Source: Bdellovibrionales bacterium
Lineage (GTDB): Bacteria; Bdellovibrionota; Bdellovibrionia; Bdellovibrionales; UBA1609
Length of the DNA stretch: 64,000 nucleotides
Direction of reading: 5' to 3'
Assembly (NCBI GenBank): GCA_965199825.1
Contig: OZ241329.1
Coordinates: 928,001 to 992,000, forward strand
The notes below the pieces were generated by a model. The model had not been told where the DNA came from. It was given only the letters and a program-made list of their open reading frames with translations, and did no database searches. Positions 20,801 to 33,080 of the stretch are shown here, piece by piece. Each line of letters opens with the position of its first letter. Positions within the stretch are counted from its first letter, which is position 1. The position numbers and the translations under genes are program-made.

Positions 20801-21314
20801 TCAAGCGGTGGGTTACGAATTGTATTTAGAACTTTTAGAAGATGCAGTTGCCGATTTGCGTGGTGACGTCGACGTCAAAGAAGATCTCGAACCCGAGATC
20901 AATGTGCGGATCGCAGCTCTCATTCCTGATTCTTATATTCCAGATATTCGCATGCGCTTATCTTACTACAAAGCTCTCTCACAAATCGATGGGCCCGAAG
21001 ATTTGGAGCGCATCGAAGATGAACTGCGCGATCAGTTTGGCAAACCACCAGAGCAAGTGATGAATCTGATGGGGCTCATGCTGATTCGCAAGATGTGCAA
21101 AAATTTAAGCATTCGCGATTTGAGTTCGGGCAAAGCCCAGATCTCTTTGTCGTTTACCGAACACACCAAACTGGGTGCAAAAACCGTCATCGAGCTCGCT
21201 TCAAGACAAAACAAAAAATATGCTCTGACTCCGGATAACCGTTTGAACATTCGGATGAATGAAATCACCTGGCCGCGAATTTATGACGAGCTCAATTATT
21301 TGGATGGGCTTTGA
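17802..21314 (+). CDS. mfd: Transcription-repair coupling factor
   Basis: UvrB-homology N-terminus, CarD/RID domain, GDVGFGKT, DEEQKFGV, QLRGRVGR, TRCF domain. Confidence 0.98.
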   Translation: MNNFEVEPFPLRTIETLERFLSRPPLIKEMVGSTNLSFLSHLLSQRRLNLERPVVLVVATDKEAESLVTNLKFFDPTIAPIILPGFDVSPYSQLYPNRKVVADRLHWLYRAQHAKPPDIFIATISGLLQKTLPFEVLSQNELAFRVSENLPDDLAKTLLHLGYQAEPLVEDVGTFSIRGSIVDIFSPAHRRALRFELFGDTIESIKEFDPATQRSIGNLKIAHIIPAHEVLLRDDSLQSAAQALRQSCASRGVLNEDAKTILSSLTKGQYFYGIEFLLQNFYPKPAQPLEHFSLPIEMWWIDSIAIVTAADKIHAQLKTEFEESVGAIIRPEPQDLYVTVEQLEAPPESFETKLSGIQIGDTDEGIYSVQVKDLNEITQQTKALHGKPQELQTYLTERIKNFKSQGQRVFVATSTLTQGQRLYAFLERCGFHPQLVNEEKYAWTQWVNDQQDDIDRITLIPHFLNESFRWVEEDIVFLRDEDFFGQKRARREYKETGTLEARTGTLSFGDLKTGDFIVHKLHGIGIYEGLKVMPIGGVDAEFIQLSYKDKDRLYLPVYRIAQIQKYTGPTSPGLLDKLGGLGWEKTKTKVRSHLRDVASDLLKLYATRAQTQRPPFLANDDEFYSFEAAFPYDETPDQMRAIGDIVKDMTSDKPMDRLICGDVGFGKTEIAMRAIFKATQSGKQVGVIAPTTVLTFQHFETFQKRFKKWPLNIRSLNRFVSKKEQTETLKGLKSGQVDILIGTHRLLSKDVQFKDLGLLVIDEEQKFGVRHKERLRQMKHSVDTLAMSATPIPRTLNMSLMGIRDLSIINTAPVDRLPTRTFVCKFDKDTIRKAVMGEVARGGQVYFIHNRVQSIYGLADELRALLPEVKMRVAHGQMDEGTLEETMLAFFHHEIDMLVCTAIVESGMDVSIANTMFIDNAQQFGLSQLYQLRGRVGRSKERAYCYLLIPPHGRIEKDAQERLKVLQENTALGSGIRIAHYDLELRGAGDLLGETQSGHIQAVGYELYLELLEDAVADLRGDVDVKEDLEPEINVRIAALIPDSYIPDIRMRLSYYKALSQIDGPEDLERIEDELRDQFGKPPEQVMNLMGLMLIRKMCKNLSIRDLSSGKAQISLSFTEHTKLGAKTVIELASRQNKKYALTPDNRLNIRMNEITWPRIYDELNYLDGL

Positions 21315-21561
21315 GGTGAGCGCTGATCGATTAGGGTTTCTAAATGATTGAGTTTTGAAATCTTTTGGCTCTTTTTAGCATTGAGCTTAAAGGCTTCTCA
21401 TACCCAGCTCCCTCGATGTGAACGAAGGTAAAAATCAATCTGTTCGACCTCTATTTAAGAGCTCACGGCGGCTCAAACCCCGCGCTCATCGCCAAACCTT
21501 TAAAGACTAACCTAAAATTTCCTTAGCGCGCAGTCCGTATGTCGGCTACCGTGACCACGAG

Positions 21562-22557
21562 GTGATTATGATATTGGGTGTACTGTTCGGTTTTATACTT
21601 TTTTTGTTTATACGATTTATTGCCACATCCTTTTATACGGTCGACCAAAACGAGCGCGCGATCAAAACCAGATTTGGGCGGGCTGAACGATTAAACGAGC
21701 TCACAACACTCACAGATCCAATTTCAGATTCGCTCGATCAGGAAGATAAACAGCGCTACATTTATCCGCAAGTTCGGGTGATCAATCCGGGCGGTCCATT
21801 TTTCAAATGGCCGTGGGAAAAGATTTATAAAGTCAGCATCGCCACCCAAACTTTGAACATGGCTTATGATCCGATGGAACCGCTCGCAAACGAGGCGGGC
21901 ACGGTGCTCGCTGCGGTGACGAAAGATCAATTGAACACCGGGCTGAGTGGACAAATTCGTTATAAAGTTTGTGAGCGCAATCTTTATGCTTATTTTTTTG
22001 GTGTGAAGCGACCCATTGCGCATGTGATGGGATATTTTGTTTCGATCTTGCGTGAGCGCATCGCAAACTTTGATGCAAACTCAATTAAGACCACTCAGCC
22101 GCCTACCGATCTGCTCACCGAATCGGCTTCGGTGATTGGTGTTTCGATCAACGATTTGCGAAAAAATTTGCGCGACCTCAACAATCATATGGAGCTTGAG
22201 TGTTTGAGTTCTGGAGCACGCTACGGCATGACCTTGGAATCCTCACTCATCACCGGCATTGATCCACCTCCCGAAGTCGAGTCGGCACTGGCCGCGATCA
22301 ACACTGCTCACAACCAAGTGTCCTCCGATATCAGCCTGGCTCAAGCCAGTGCCGATCAAAAAATTGTGCAGTCACGAAGGGCGGTCGAGATCGAAACCTT
22401 GAAAGCCCAAGCCGAAGTCGAACCTCTGATTCGACTAGCTTCGCAGCTGGCAGATTTAAAAAAATCAGGTCTTGGCGCTCTTGCCGCCTATCAAAGAGAT
22501 ATTCGCTTGAGTTTGCTCACCCAGGCCGCCCAAGTATTTTTAGGGATTAAAAAATGA
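21562..22557 (+). CDS. SPFH/Band 7 family membrane protein
   Basis: N-terminal TM, YTVDQNERAIKTRFG, FKWPW, TKD, ITGIDPP, AE-rich coiled coil. Confidence 0.85.
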   Translation: MIMILGVLFGFILFLFIRFIATSFYTVDQNERAIKTRFGRAERLNELTTLTDPISDSLDQEDKQRYIYPQVRVINPGGPFFKWPWEKIYKVSIATQTLNMAYDPMEPLANEAGTVLAAVTKDQLNTGLSGQIRYKVCERNLYAYFFGVKRPIAHVMGYFVSILRERIANFDANSIKTTQPPTDLLTESASVIGVSINDLRKNLRDLNNHMELECLSSGARYGMTLESSLITGIDPPPEVESALAAINTAHNQVSSDISLAQASADQKIVQSRRAVEIETLKAQAEVEPLIRLASQLADLKKSGLGALAAYQRDIRLSLLTQAAQVFLGIKK

Positions 22558-23456
22558 TCATCTCTTTTTTCACAACTGTAGCTCTCAGCTTTTTTTGTTT
22601 TATGATTTTAACCCCATTGATTTTGGGAATGGGCCGCTTGCTCGGCCTTTACACAATCGTCAACGAACGCGAATGTCAGGTGTATGTTTTGTTTGGAAAA
22701 GTGGTTGGGGTGATCAATCAACCCGGACTTTATTTTCCTTTTGCAAAATTTGGATCCAGAGCTTTGATTATGAATTGGCTCGGAAAACAATACCGTCTCG
22801 ATTTGCGTTTGGATCAAGAATATTTAAGAAGCCTACCCGTAAACTCTGAAGAGGGCGCGCCAATGGGAATTGGCATTTGGTACGAAATGGTTGTGAGCGA
22901 TCCGGTGGCCTATCTTTTTAAAAACGCCGATCCGCGCGGATCTCTGAGTGCAAACGTGAGCAACTCGGTGGTGCGTTGCCTCAGCAATCTTCCTCTGGCC
23001 GAAATGCTCGCAAACCGTCATGCGATGAGTCGCACGGTACGCGCCGAGGTTTCACCAAAATCGGAAGAATGGGGCTATCAATTGGGCTCGGCCTATGTTC
23101 GCAAAGTTCATTTTCGCGATACAGGCATGATCACCCAAATTGAAAGTAAAGTTGTAAACCGACTTCGTCAGGTGACCTCGGCCATCAAACAAGACGGCGC
23201 AAACCAAGTGAGCATTATTGCAAGCACTGCCGATCGCCAAGCCGCGGTTGAGTTTGCAAAAGCAGGAGCCATTCGTCCTTCGATTGTGGGCGAGGCCTTA
23301 CAAAAAATTTCTCAAGACCAAGAAGTGGCATCGGCCATGTTTGATGTTTTAGAAAATCAAAATATTTTATCGAGCAAAGCTCGGCTGACCTTTGTTCCCG
23401 AAGATGCAAGTGCACTCACCGCTCTACTTGCGAGTCGAGCGCCAGGAGTTATTTAA
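22554..23456 (+). CDS. SPFH/Band 7 family membrane protein, second of a coupled pair
   Basis: TM, YTIVNERE...LFGKVVGVINQPGLYF; ATGA overlap with the upstream gene. Confidence 0.85.
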   Translation: MIISFFTTVALSFFCFMILTPLILGMGRLLGLYTIVNERECQVYVLFGKVVGVINQPGLYFPFAKFGSRALIMNWLGKQYRLDLRLDQEYLRSLPVNSEEGAPMGIGIWYEMVVSDPVAYLFKNADPRGSLSANVSNSVVRCLSNLPLAEMLANRHAMSRTVRAEVSPKSEEWGYQLGSAYVRKVHFRDTGMITQIESKVVNRLRQVTSAIKQDGANQVSIIASTADRQAAVEFAKAGAIRPSIVGEALQKISQDQEVASAMFDVLENQNILSSKARLTFVPEDASALTALLASRAPGVI

Positions 23457-24453
23457 TGGCCCGCTCGAGTGCGTGTTTATAAAGTGGATCGTAGTACCAC
23501 ATCAAAAGTTTACGAATCCAATTTCGATTGGATTCAAGGCCATGACCTGCCGAAAACTCTTGCTCGCTTATAGTCAGATCTTTAACAATTTCTTGAGTTC
23601 GTACACCACCCAATCGACGAGAGATGGCTTGGACGGATACGCGAAATTCAATGAATCTCTGCATATCCTGATTTCTGCCAAGACTTGAATTCACCACATA
23701 GTCTTCAAAAATATTTTCAACCCGAGTTTCGAGTGGAACATCTAAAAAAATTCTTTCACTCGATTGCATTTTGGAAAACAAAACCGAAGGGATTAATCGA
23801 TGTCCGATCTGTGGACTTTCATCTTCAATAAGAATTGTTTGATTCTTTAATCTTAAAAGATCAACGATCAGAGCATTTTCAAAATTAGCCTGAGTGGGTT
23901 GAGGCTCAGACATGGCTCCAAAAGCAGAGCCGCGATGTTTTGCTAACTTTTCTAAATCCAAAGCCGGTCGATTTGCTAAATATTTTGTTTTGCCTGACCC
24001 TGTAGGCCCACTCACCACTCGAAATTGGATCGAGTCGACCACCGGCTTGAGGGCCGCGAGCAAAAAATTTCTGAGCGCTTTGTAACCACCTGAAATAATC
24101 GGAACTTCTACGCCTTGGTTGGCCAACCAATTTTGGACCGTCTGACTGCGAAGACCACCGCGAAAACAATAAAGCACAGAGTCAGGCTGCGACCTCACAG
24201 TCGCCATCCACCGTGAAAGACGATCTTCACGAACTTCACCGCTCACAAGTCGATGACCCAATTCGATTGCGGCGGGTTGCCCTTGAGTTTTATATGTTAG
24301 CCCCACATCATGCCGTTCGCTGTTCATGAGCAAAGGTAAATTGATGGCCTGTGGTATTGCCCCTTCACCAAATTCGATGGGAGCCCGAACATCGATCCAT
24401 TGGGTTCGATTTAAAAAAAGTTTTTCAAATTGATCAGGTAGAATCTCGTTCAC
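23449..24453 (-). CDS. selU: tRNA 2-selenouridine synthase
   Basis: Rhodanese IDVRAPIEF, YCFRGGLRS, GPTGSGKT, DLEKLAKHRGSAFG, YYDPLY. Confidence 0.95.
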   Translation of the reverse strand: MNEILPDQFEKLFLNRTQWIDVRAPIEFGEGAIPQAINLPLLMNSERHDVGLTYKTQGQPAAIELGHRLVSGEVREDRLSRWMATVRSQPDSVLYCFRGGLRSQTVQNWLANQGVEVPIISGGYKALRNFLLAALKPVVDSIQFRVVSGPTGSGKTKYLANRPALDLEKLAKHRGSAFGAMSEPQPTQANFENALIVDLLRLKNQTILIEDESPQIGHRLIPSVLFSKMQSSERIFLDVPLETRVENIFEDYVVNSSLGRNQDMQRFIEFRVSVQAISRRLGGVRTQEIVKDLTISEQEFSAGHGLESNRNWIRKLLMWYYDPLYKHALERAIK

Positions 24454-25499
24454 AATAGATTAAGAGCATATTGTTTTAGAGGTTGAACAGATCCAATAAT
24501 TTCTGCAAATAAAAATCGTTTGCGAATCTGGGCAAGAATTTGCGGAGCAGACTGAGAGTCCACCGCGAGCAACAAGCCCCCACTGGTTTGCGGATCAAAA
24601 ACCAATTGCTGAAGTTCAGCACTCTGAGATTCTAGCGCAATCTGCCCTTCAACATATTCTCGATTAGTTCGATGCGCTTTGGTCAAAAAACCTTTTTTTA
24701 TAAATTCGAGCGCTCTTTCAAACCGTGGCAGAGCAGCCGTTTTGATATGTAAACTCACCCCACTTGCCCGAGCCATATTGAGAGCGTGGCCACATAAACC
24801 AAAACCGGTGATATCTGTTGCGGCGTGGATATTATTTTGGAGCTCAGGCGAGATCGCTGTCGCGACATCGTTGAGTAAACACATGCTGTCGAGAGCATCC
24901 TGAATTTCAGCCTCACTCACTTCGCCGCGCTTTAATGCCGCTGTGAGTGTTCCCGTGCCTAAAGGCTTTGTTAAAATGAGTGTATCACCCGCTTTTGCGC
25001 AGGCGTTGGACCACACATGATCGGGATGCACAAAGCCCGTGACCGAGAGTCCAAACTTCATTGTGTCATCGTCGATGGTATGTCCACCCACAAGAGCCGC
25101 GCCGGATTGAGCAATGGTATCACTCGCTCCTTGCAAAACATCCACCGCGATTGATGTGTCCAAGGTTGCCAATGGAAACGCAAAAATCGCCATCGCCGTT
25201 TTTGGAATTGCACCCATCGCATAGACATCACTCAAGGCATTCGCACTGGCGATGCGACCAAACAAAAAAGGTGTATCTACAATAGGAGTAAAAAAATCGA
25301 GAGTCTGCACCAATGCCAAGTCTTTTGAGTCAGCAGGCATACGATAAACCGCAGCATCATCAAAAGTCCCCGCACCTATGATAAGCTCTGGTGGCGCCTT
25401 TGGAAACGTCACTTGAGCGAGGATTTTTCGAAGCTCCGTCGCTGCAACTTTAGCAGCGCATCCGCCTTTTTGAACTGTCTGAGTTAATCTTATTTTCAT
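24450..25499 (-). CDS. selD: Selenide, water dikinase (Cys form)
   Basis: RLTQ....GGCAAK, DDAAVY, TLDFFTPIVD, NALSDVYAMG, DPQTSGGLL. Confidence 0.96.
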   Translation of the reverse strand: MKIRLTQTVQKGGCAAKVAATELRKILAQVTFPKAPPELIIGAGTFDDAAVYRMPADSKDLALVQTLDFFTPIVDTPFLFGRIASANALSDVYAMGAIPKTAMAIFAFPLATLDTSIAVDVLQGASDTIAQSGAALVGGHTIDDDTMKFGLSVTGFVHPDHVWSNACAKAGDTLILTKPLGTGTLTAALKRGEVSEAEIQDALDSMCLLNDVATAISPELQNNIHAATDITGFGLCGHALNMARASGVSLHIKTAALPRFERALEFIKKGFLTKAHRTNREYVEGQIALESQSAELQQLVFDPQTSGGLLLAVDSQSAPQILAQIRKRFLFAEIIGSVQPLKQYALNLL

Positions 25500-25711
25500 G
25501 GGCGAACACTCGCATAAGGATTTGCAAAAAGCACTTGGCGATTTGGACACCGGTTGTGAGCTGCTCAGCGCATTTTTTTAGTGGGAATAGCTGTGGTTGG
25601 GACCGGCGAAGCCTGGGCCGCTCGGGATTATTGAAGGCAGGTTTGGTACTAGTTTATATGAAATCGTAGAGCCATTGATGTTCTTAAATATGCGATGCGA
25701 ACGATGGTACA

Positions 25712-25907
25712 AGCGGGCACGACATTCAGAGCGGGCACGACATTCAGAGCGGGCACGACATTCAGAGCGGGCACGACATTCAGAGCGGGCACGACATTCA
25801 GAGCGGGCACGACATTCAGAGCGGGCACGACATTCAGAGCGGGCACGACATTCAGAGCGGGCACGACATTCAGAGCGGGCACGACATTCAGAGCGGGCAC
25901 GACATTC
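25712..25907. repeat. Perfect 18-bp tandem repeat AGCGGGCACGACATTCAG (10 full copies plus a 16-nt partial)
   Basis: Read directly; no spacers. Confidence 0.97.
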
Positions 25908-25992
25908 GTGTTATCGGAACTTACAAATCTGTAATATCTGCCAAACAGTATTGCTAAATGTAATTGGCGATTAAGGAGTGTTAAAATAGTTT

Positions 25993-26616
25993 ATGTTTAT
26001 CGTTTTTAGTTTTTTAATTTCATATTTTAGTTTGGCTCAGGCTTCTGTCATCTCCCACTCTTGTGAACAATCATTGCACGGCTTTCCTGCAAATTGGGGA
26101 TTGACCATAAAACTTTTTACTCAGATGAGCAGATCGCCAAAATTTGGGGAGCAGTTCGCAGATCTGATTGAGTTTGTGAGGTTGTGTGAGGAGTCATCCA
26201 AGCAGGAATTAAATCTGATATTATGGTCAACTTGGAAGCCAGGAATGACCCATGTGCAGCTTGAACATCTTGTTCAAAAAACATTGGATTTTTATCGATC
26301 TCCGGTCATTAATCAAAACGTAACATTGAAAACACTATTAGCCGTTCGAACCGAACTTAAAGAACTTAATAAATATAAAGGTACCAATATAATTCCATTG
26401 GAGGAATCTAGAACGTTGGACATGAAAGCCGTAATCCAATCTATAAAGGAGACCGCGAATTTTGCTGAAGAGTCACACACGTATGAATTAGTGAGAGACA
26501 TTACCGATGTGTCAAAAATCTTATTTAACAACGATTACCAGGCTATCTTAAACTCACTACGTGAGCACGTTCGGTCGCAGATACAAAAGAAAACCTTGGA
26601 ATTTCAATTATTTTAA
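25993..26616 (+). CDS. Secreted hypothetical protein
   Basis: SD AAGGAG, signal peptide (AQA), AT-rich; no family recognised. Confidence 0.7.
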   Translation: MFIVFSFLISYFSLAQASVISHSCEQSLHGFPANWGLTIKLFTQMSRSPKFGEQFADLIEFVRLCEESSKQELNLILWSTWKPGMTHVQLEHLVQKTLDFYRSPVINQNVTLKTLLAVRTELKELNKYKGTNIIPLEESRTLDMKAVIQSIKETANFAEESHTYELVRDITDVSKILFNNDYQAILNSLREHVRSQIQKKTLEFQLF

Positions 26617-26728
26617 ATGCTGCGAACTCACTAACGATCGTGGTGGACATTCATCTTGTGAAATCGAACTTCAATCTAAAATGCCAACGAAGCGGCGAAC
26701 GGCATCTCGCCCGATGTGCAAAAGCCAA

Positions 26729-27469
26729 CTAATTCAGTTTTGAGATAAAATCCCGTAAACGGGTAATAAAAAGACCCGACAGGTGATGCTCTTCACAAAA
26801 TGCTTTTTCTAATTTTTCCATTCCTGGAGAAAGTTTAAATTGTTCAAGTGCTTGTTCTGATCCAGCTTGATTCAAATCAACAAACTGATCGAATAACTTA
26901 GTGTACTCAACACCCCAGTTTTGAATCTCATGTTTGATATCTAGTCGAAGTTGAGCAACATCTGTTGTAAGTGCAGCAGATGAATTCCAGAATTCATGCT
27001 TGATGCCATACTCAACCAACACGCTATCAACACTTGCGTTTACAAACGTTAAATATTTCTCTGCGGTTAGAGATAATCTAATTTCTTTTTCAACTTTTGA
27101 TTTGATATCTGGATTTTTACTGGATGAATTTATGAGAGCCTTTGTGATTGAGTAGCGGCCAGCGGGGCAATCATAACCAGTCCCTTCAATCCATTTCACA
27201 AAGTCGTCAATACATTTTCCATTTTGGGTAGCAGACTTTAAAACTTGTTCGGAAAATTGCCGGATCTCCTGCAGGATTTGAATCGCCCGATCAATTTTAT
27301 CTTCTGCAACTTCATGATCGACGTCATCTTTATCATTGATCCACCAAGTCTTAACTTCATCTGCATAAGCGTTACATTCGAGAATCATCTTTCGTTCGAA
27401 CACTGGTTCAATGCCGTAGGAGTTTAAAGAGAACATCACCAAAGAAACTAAACTTAAAATCTTTGGCAT
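26729..27469 (-). CDS. Secreted hypothetical protein
   Basis: SD GAGGTG before MPKILSLVSLVMFSLNSYG signal peptide. Confidence 0.7.
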   Translation of the reverse strand: MPKILSLVSLVMFSLNSYGIEPVFERKMILECNAYADEVKTWWINDKDDVDHEVAEDKIDRAIQILQEIRQFSEQVLKSATQNGKCIDDFVKWIEGTGYDCPAGRYSITKALINSSSKNPDIKSKVEKEIRLSLTAEKYLTFVNASVDSVLVEYGIKHEFWNSSAALTTDVAQLRLDIKHEIQNWGVEYTKLFDQFVDLNQAGSEQALEQFKLSPGMEKLEKAFCEEHHLSGLFITRLRDFISKLN

Positions 27470-27527
27470 CTCAGACACCTCATAACTCGAGCTCCTTTTC
27501 AATTTTAGTAGAGACCAATACATAGAA

Positions 27528-28262
27528 CTAAAACTCAAGGCGCATCCCCAGATTCCCATGAAAAGGGGAGCTGACATCTTCACCAGAAGGTTCAGAGCCA
27601 TTTAAAAAAGTGCGGGCTTCGAGATAAACAAAAGCACTCTCTAGACCCGAAGAGTTGTAAGCGGCACGCGCCGAATCGCGATCGATCCCGTCCAATTGAA
27701 CCTGTACCCCCGCAGTCATATAAGGCGCGATGCCTGTGTGACCATTTGGCGAGGCGACCGTCTCGCTATTTTCATAGTGAACGATGGTATAAACACCTGC
27801 GCTGACGTACGGAACAACATAAGGTTCAGCAAAGATCGTATCTAAATAAAATGCGCCACCGAGTCGAATTAACGTTGTGGTTAACGATGAGCCTGCATAA
27901 CTGCCTGTGCCCGAATCCTTACGAAAGCCGACGCCCACTTCAGCTCCCAAGGAACCAAAAGCCAAATTTCGTTTTACAACAAAGCTCGATTCAAACATTG
28001 GCATTTTGTTTTGATAAATATCATTATATTGAACTGCGATAGCATTGCCACCGCTGTCGCTGGTGAAGGATTCATAGTTTGACGGTTGATAGGTACTTCC
28101 ACCAAAAGCAATCGTCTTGCCCCAACGCGGACGGCGTTCGCGATAAGAATAAAGATTCAGAGCCGTTGGTAAGACCTCAACCAAATGAGGTTCGGTAAAA
28201 TCGATGATATCAACCGCGGCGAAAGCCTGAAAATAAAAAAGGCAAAACAGAATCCACATCAC
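27528..28262 (-). CDS. Putative outer-membrane beta-barrel protein
   Basis: Signal peptide, VVPYVSAG strand motif, C-terminal LGMRLEF. Confidence 0.75.
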   Translation of the reverse strand: MMWILFCLFYFQAFAAVDIIDFTEPHLVEVLPTALNLYSYRERRPRWGKTIAFGGSTYQPSNYESFTSDSGGNAIAVQYNDIYQNKMPMFESSFVVKRNLAFGSLGAEVGVGFRKDSGTGSYAGSSLTTTLIRLGGAFYLDTIFAEPYVVPYVSAGVYTIVHYENSETVASPNGHTGIAPYMTAGVQVQLDGIDRDSARAAYNSSGLESAFVYLEARTFLNGSEPSGEDVSSPFHGNLGMRLEF

Positions 28263-28327
28263 TTAAGTATAGCTACAAATCTAAAAAAATCGCGACAAAC
28301 AAAAAGCGACTGGTCTTGGGGCCGGAA

Positions 28328-28732
28328 TCAATGAAGTTTGGCAAAGTCCATTCGCGCTCGCGCTCGATCCATCTTGCGGCGGTATTTTTTAATTTGATCG
28401 GGCTCAAGATCGGGCTCGAGCAAACGTTCTTGAGAACGCTTAAAGGACTGCTCGGCACGATCGATATCGATCTGCTCTTTTGTTTCGGCGGTCTCGGCCA
28501 ATATTAAAATGCCTTGAGGATTAACTTCGCAATAACCCCAACTGATCAAGATATCTTCAAAGGCGGTTGTCCCTTTAAGGCGGTAACGCAAAGTTCCCAC
28601 CTGCAGAGTCGTCACCAATGGTGCATGCCCAGGTAAAATATCGAGCTGTCCCGCTTCACCGGGAACAATCAGCTCATCAATTTCTTCGTCGAGAACCATT
28701 CTTTTTTCTGGAGTGACCACGCTCAACAACAT
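28328..28732 (-). CDS. atpC: ATP synthase epsilon subunit
   Basis: VVTPE, GQLDILPGHAPL, IDIDRA. Confidence 0.96.
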   Translation of the reverse strand: MLLSVVTPEKRMVLDEEIDELIVPGEAGQLDILPGHAPLVTTLQVGTLRYRLKGTTAFEDILISWGYCEVNPQGILILAETAETKEQIDIDRAEQSFKRSQERLLEPDLEPDQIKKYRRKMDRARARMDFAKLH

Positions 28733-31014
<2,282 letters not shown>

Positions 31015-32541
31015 TTACGCCTTCGCACCCGGAGTGAAAATCGCGGTAAATTCTAAAACCGCATCCTTTAATGAAGCCTTAATACCATCGTCCACAGCTT
31101 TTTTCTCGGCCAGTTGACCTAAAATTGCTTTGTGTTTGGTGTGCAAAAATTCAAGAAATTCGGTTTCGAATCTTCGAACATCTTCAACCGCAATCACATC
31201 AAAATATCCATTGGTAGCTGCCCAAATAATTGCCACCTGCTCTTCCACTTGAACTGGCTGATAGTTTTTTTGTTTCAAAACTTCGACCAACCTTCGTCCA
31301 CGAGCTAATTGAGCTTGAGTGGCTTTATCAAGATCCGATGCAAACGCTGCAAAGGCTTCCATCGCGCGGTATTGGGCAAGATCAAGTTTTAAAACACCCG
31401 CGACTTGCTTCATCGCTTTAATTTGGGCTGCACCACCCACACGTGAAACAGATTTTCCAACCGAGATTGCGGGCCGCACACCTTTATAAAACAAATCGGT
31501 TTCTAAGAATATTTGTCCATCGGTAATCGAAATTACGTTTGTTGGAATGTAGGCAGAAATATCACCCGCCTGAGTTTCGATAATTGGCAGAGCGGTCAAC
31601 GATCCCGAACCTTTTTCTTTACTCATCTTTGCGGCTCGCTCTAACAATCGTGAGTGAAGATAAAAAACATCCCCAGGATAAGCTTCACGTCCAGGAGGCC
31701 GTCTTAAAAGTAATGATAACTGTCGATAGGCCTGAGCTTGTTTAGTTAGATCATCATAAATAATAAGAGCATGGCGGCCGGTATCGCGAAAATATTCTGC
31801 CATAGTCACGCCTGCATAAGGAGCCAAAAACTGTAAGGGCGCTGGATCAGAGGCAGTAGCCGCAATCACCGTCGTGTATTCCATTGCGCCCTCTTGACGC
31901 AATTTTTCGACCACTTGAGCAACGGTCGATCGCTTTTGGCCAATGGCCACATAAAAACAATAAACCCCTTTGCCTTTTTGATTAATGATCGTGTCGATTG
32001 CAATTGTGGTTTTACCTGTTTGACGATCACCAATGATCAACTCACGCTGACCTCGGCCAATTGGAATCATCGCATCGATCGCTTTAATTCCTGTCTGCAA
32101 TGGCTCATGCACAGATTGACGAGCAATAATTCCAGGAGCTTTTGATTCAACAATACGCATTTCTTTACAATCAATTGGACCGCGCCCATCAATGGGTTGT
32201 CCTAGTACATCCACCACTCGACCTAAAAGAGCCTCGCCCACCGGGACTTGAACAATTTGGCCGGTGCGTTTGACCGTATCGCCCTCTTTGATATCGCGAT
32301 CTTCACCAAAAATAACAATGCCCACCGAATCTTTTTCGAGATTCAAAACCATCCCAGTGACATTCCCTGGAAAGGTCACAAGCTCACCGGCCATTGCGTT
32401 GTCTAAGCCGTAGCATCGAGCAACACCATCGCCGACAGAGAGCACAGATCCTGTCTCGCTCACCTCAACCGTTTTTTTGTAGGATTTGATTTGTTCTTGT
32501 AAGATCCGGCTGATTTCATCGGCGCGAATTGTGACTTCCAT
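31015..32541 (-). CDS. atpA: ATP synthase alpha subunit
   Basis: [29 protein letters not shown]. Confidence 0.99.
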   Translation of the reverse strand: MEVTIRADEISRILQEQIKSYKKTVEVSETGSVLSVGDGVARCYGLDNAMAGELVTFPGNVTGMVLNLEKDSVGIVIFGEDRDIKEGDTVKRTGQIVQVPVGEALLGRVVDVLGQPIDGRGPIDCKEMRIVESKAPGIIARQSVHEPLQTGIKAIDAMIPIGRGQRELIIGDRQTGKTTIAIDTIINQKGKGVYCFYVAIGQKRSTVAQVVEKLRQEGAMEYTTVIAATASDPAPLQFLAPYAGVTMAEYFRDTGRHALIIYDDLTKQAQAYRQLSLLLRRPPGREAYPGDVFYLHSRLLERAAKMSKEKGSGSLTALPIIETQAGDISAYIPTNVISITDGQIFLETDLFYKGVRPAISVGKSVSRVGGAAQIKAMKQVAGVLKLDLAQYRAMEAFAAFASDLDKATQAQLARGRRLVEVLKQKNYQPVQVEEQVAIIWAATNGYFDVIAVEDVRRFETEFLEFLHTKHKAILGQLAEKKAVDDGIKASLKDAVLEFTAIFTPGAKA

Positions 32542-33080
32542 TAAATACTCCTCTTCAGGTTCTCTTGCAGTCTTTGTAGATGGGACTGCAGAGTATCGTC
32601 GAATGTAAAACTACCCACATGCGCAATAAGTCCACCGATCACTTCGGGATTTTCGCGGTACGTGAGGATTGCTTGTTTTTGGGTAACTTCAGAAACTTTA
32701 TTTTCAATCTTTTTGCGCTCTTCGGGGGCAAGAGCCACTGCCGAGTGCACTTCGCCTCGCACTATTCCGCCGGCCTCATCTGCACGAGCTTCATAAGCTT
32801 CGACGAGACTTGGAAAAATTCCGATCCGACCTTTACGCGCCAATAATAAAAGTAGATTTTTTATTTGTTCTGACAGGTCTAACTTTTCGATGGTCTTACC
32901 TATGACCGCTTCGCGCTCGTCAGCACTTACCAAGGGAGAAGTCATAAAACTCATCACTTCTTGTTGTGAGGTCAATGCCTCATTCACAACTCGAAGTTCT
33001 TGCGACAACCGCTCCTGTGGCCCTTTGTTAAGATCATAAAGTGCTTTTGCATATCGAACTGCAATTTCGGCGGGCCTCAT
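32541..33080 (-). CDS. atpH: ATP synthase delta subunit
   Basis: [14 protein letters not shown]...VGS..FD; operon position. Confidence 0.95.
   Translation of the reverse strand: MRPAEIAVRYAKALYDLNKGPQERLSQELRVVNEALTSQQEVMSFMTSPLVSADEREAVIGKTIEKLDLSEQIKNLLLLLARKGRIGIFPSLVEAYEARADEAGGIVRGEVHSAVALAPEERKKIENKVSEVTQKQAILTYRENPEVIGGLIAHVGSFTFDDTLQSHLQRLQENLKRSI

Noticed and set aside
25448..25470. Selenocysteine in SelD
   Set aside because: The active-site codon is TGC (GGCAAK), with no in-frame TGA
25712..25907. CRISPR array, or proteins (RARHSE)n / (RAGTTF)n / (VPALNV)n
   Set aside because: No spacers and no cas genes; the ORFs are open only because the 18-bp unit lacks stops in those frames
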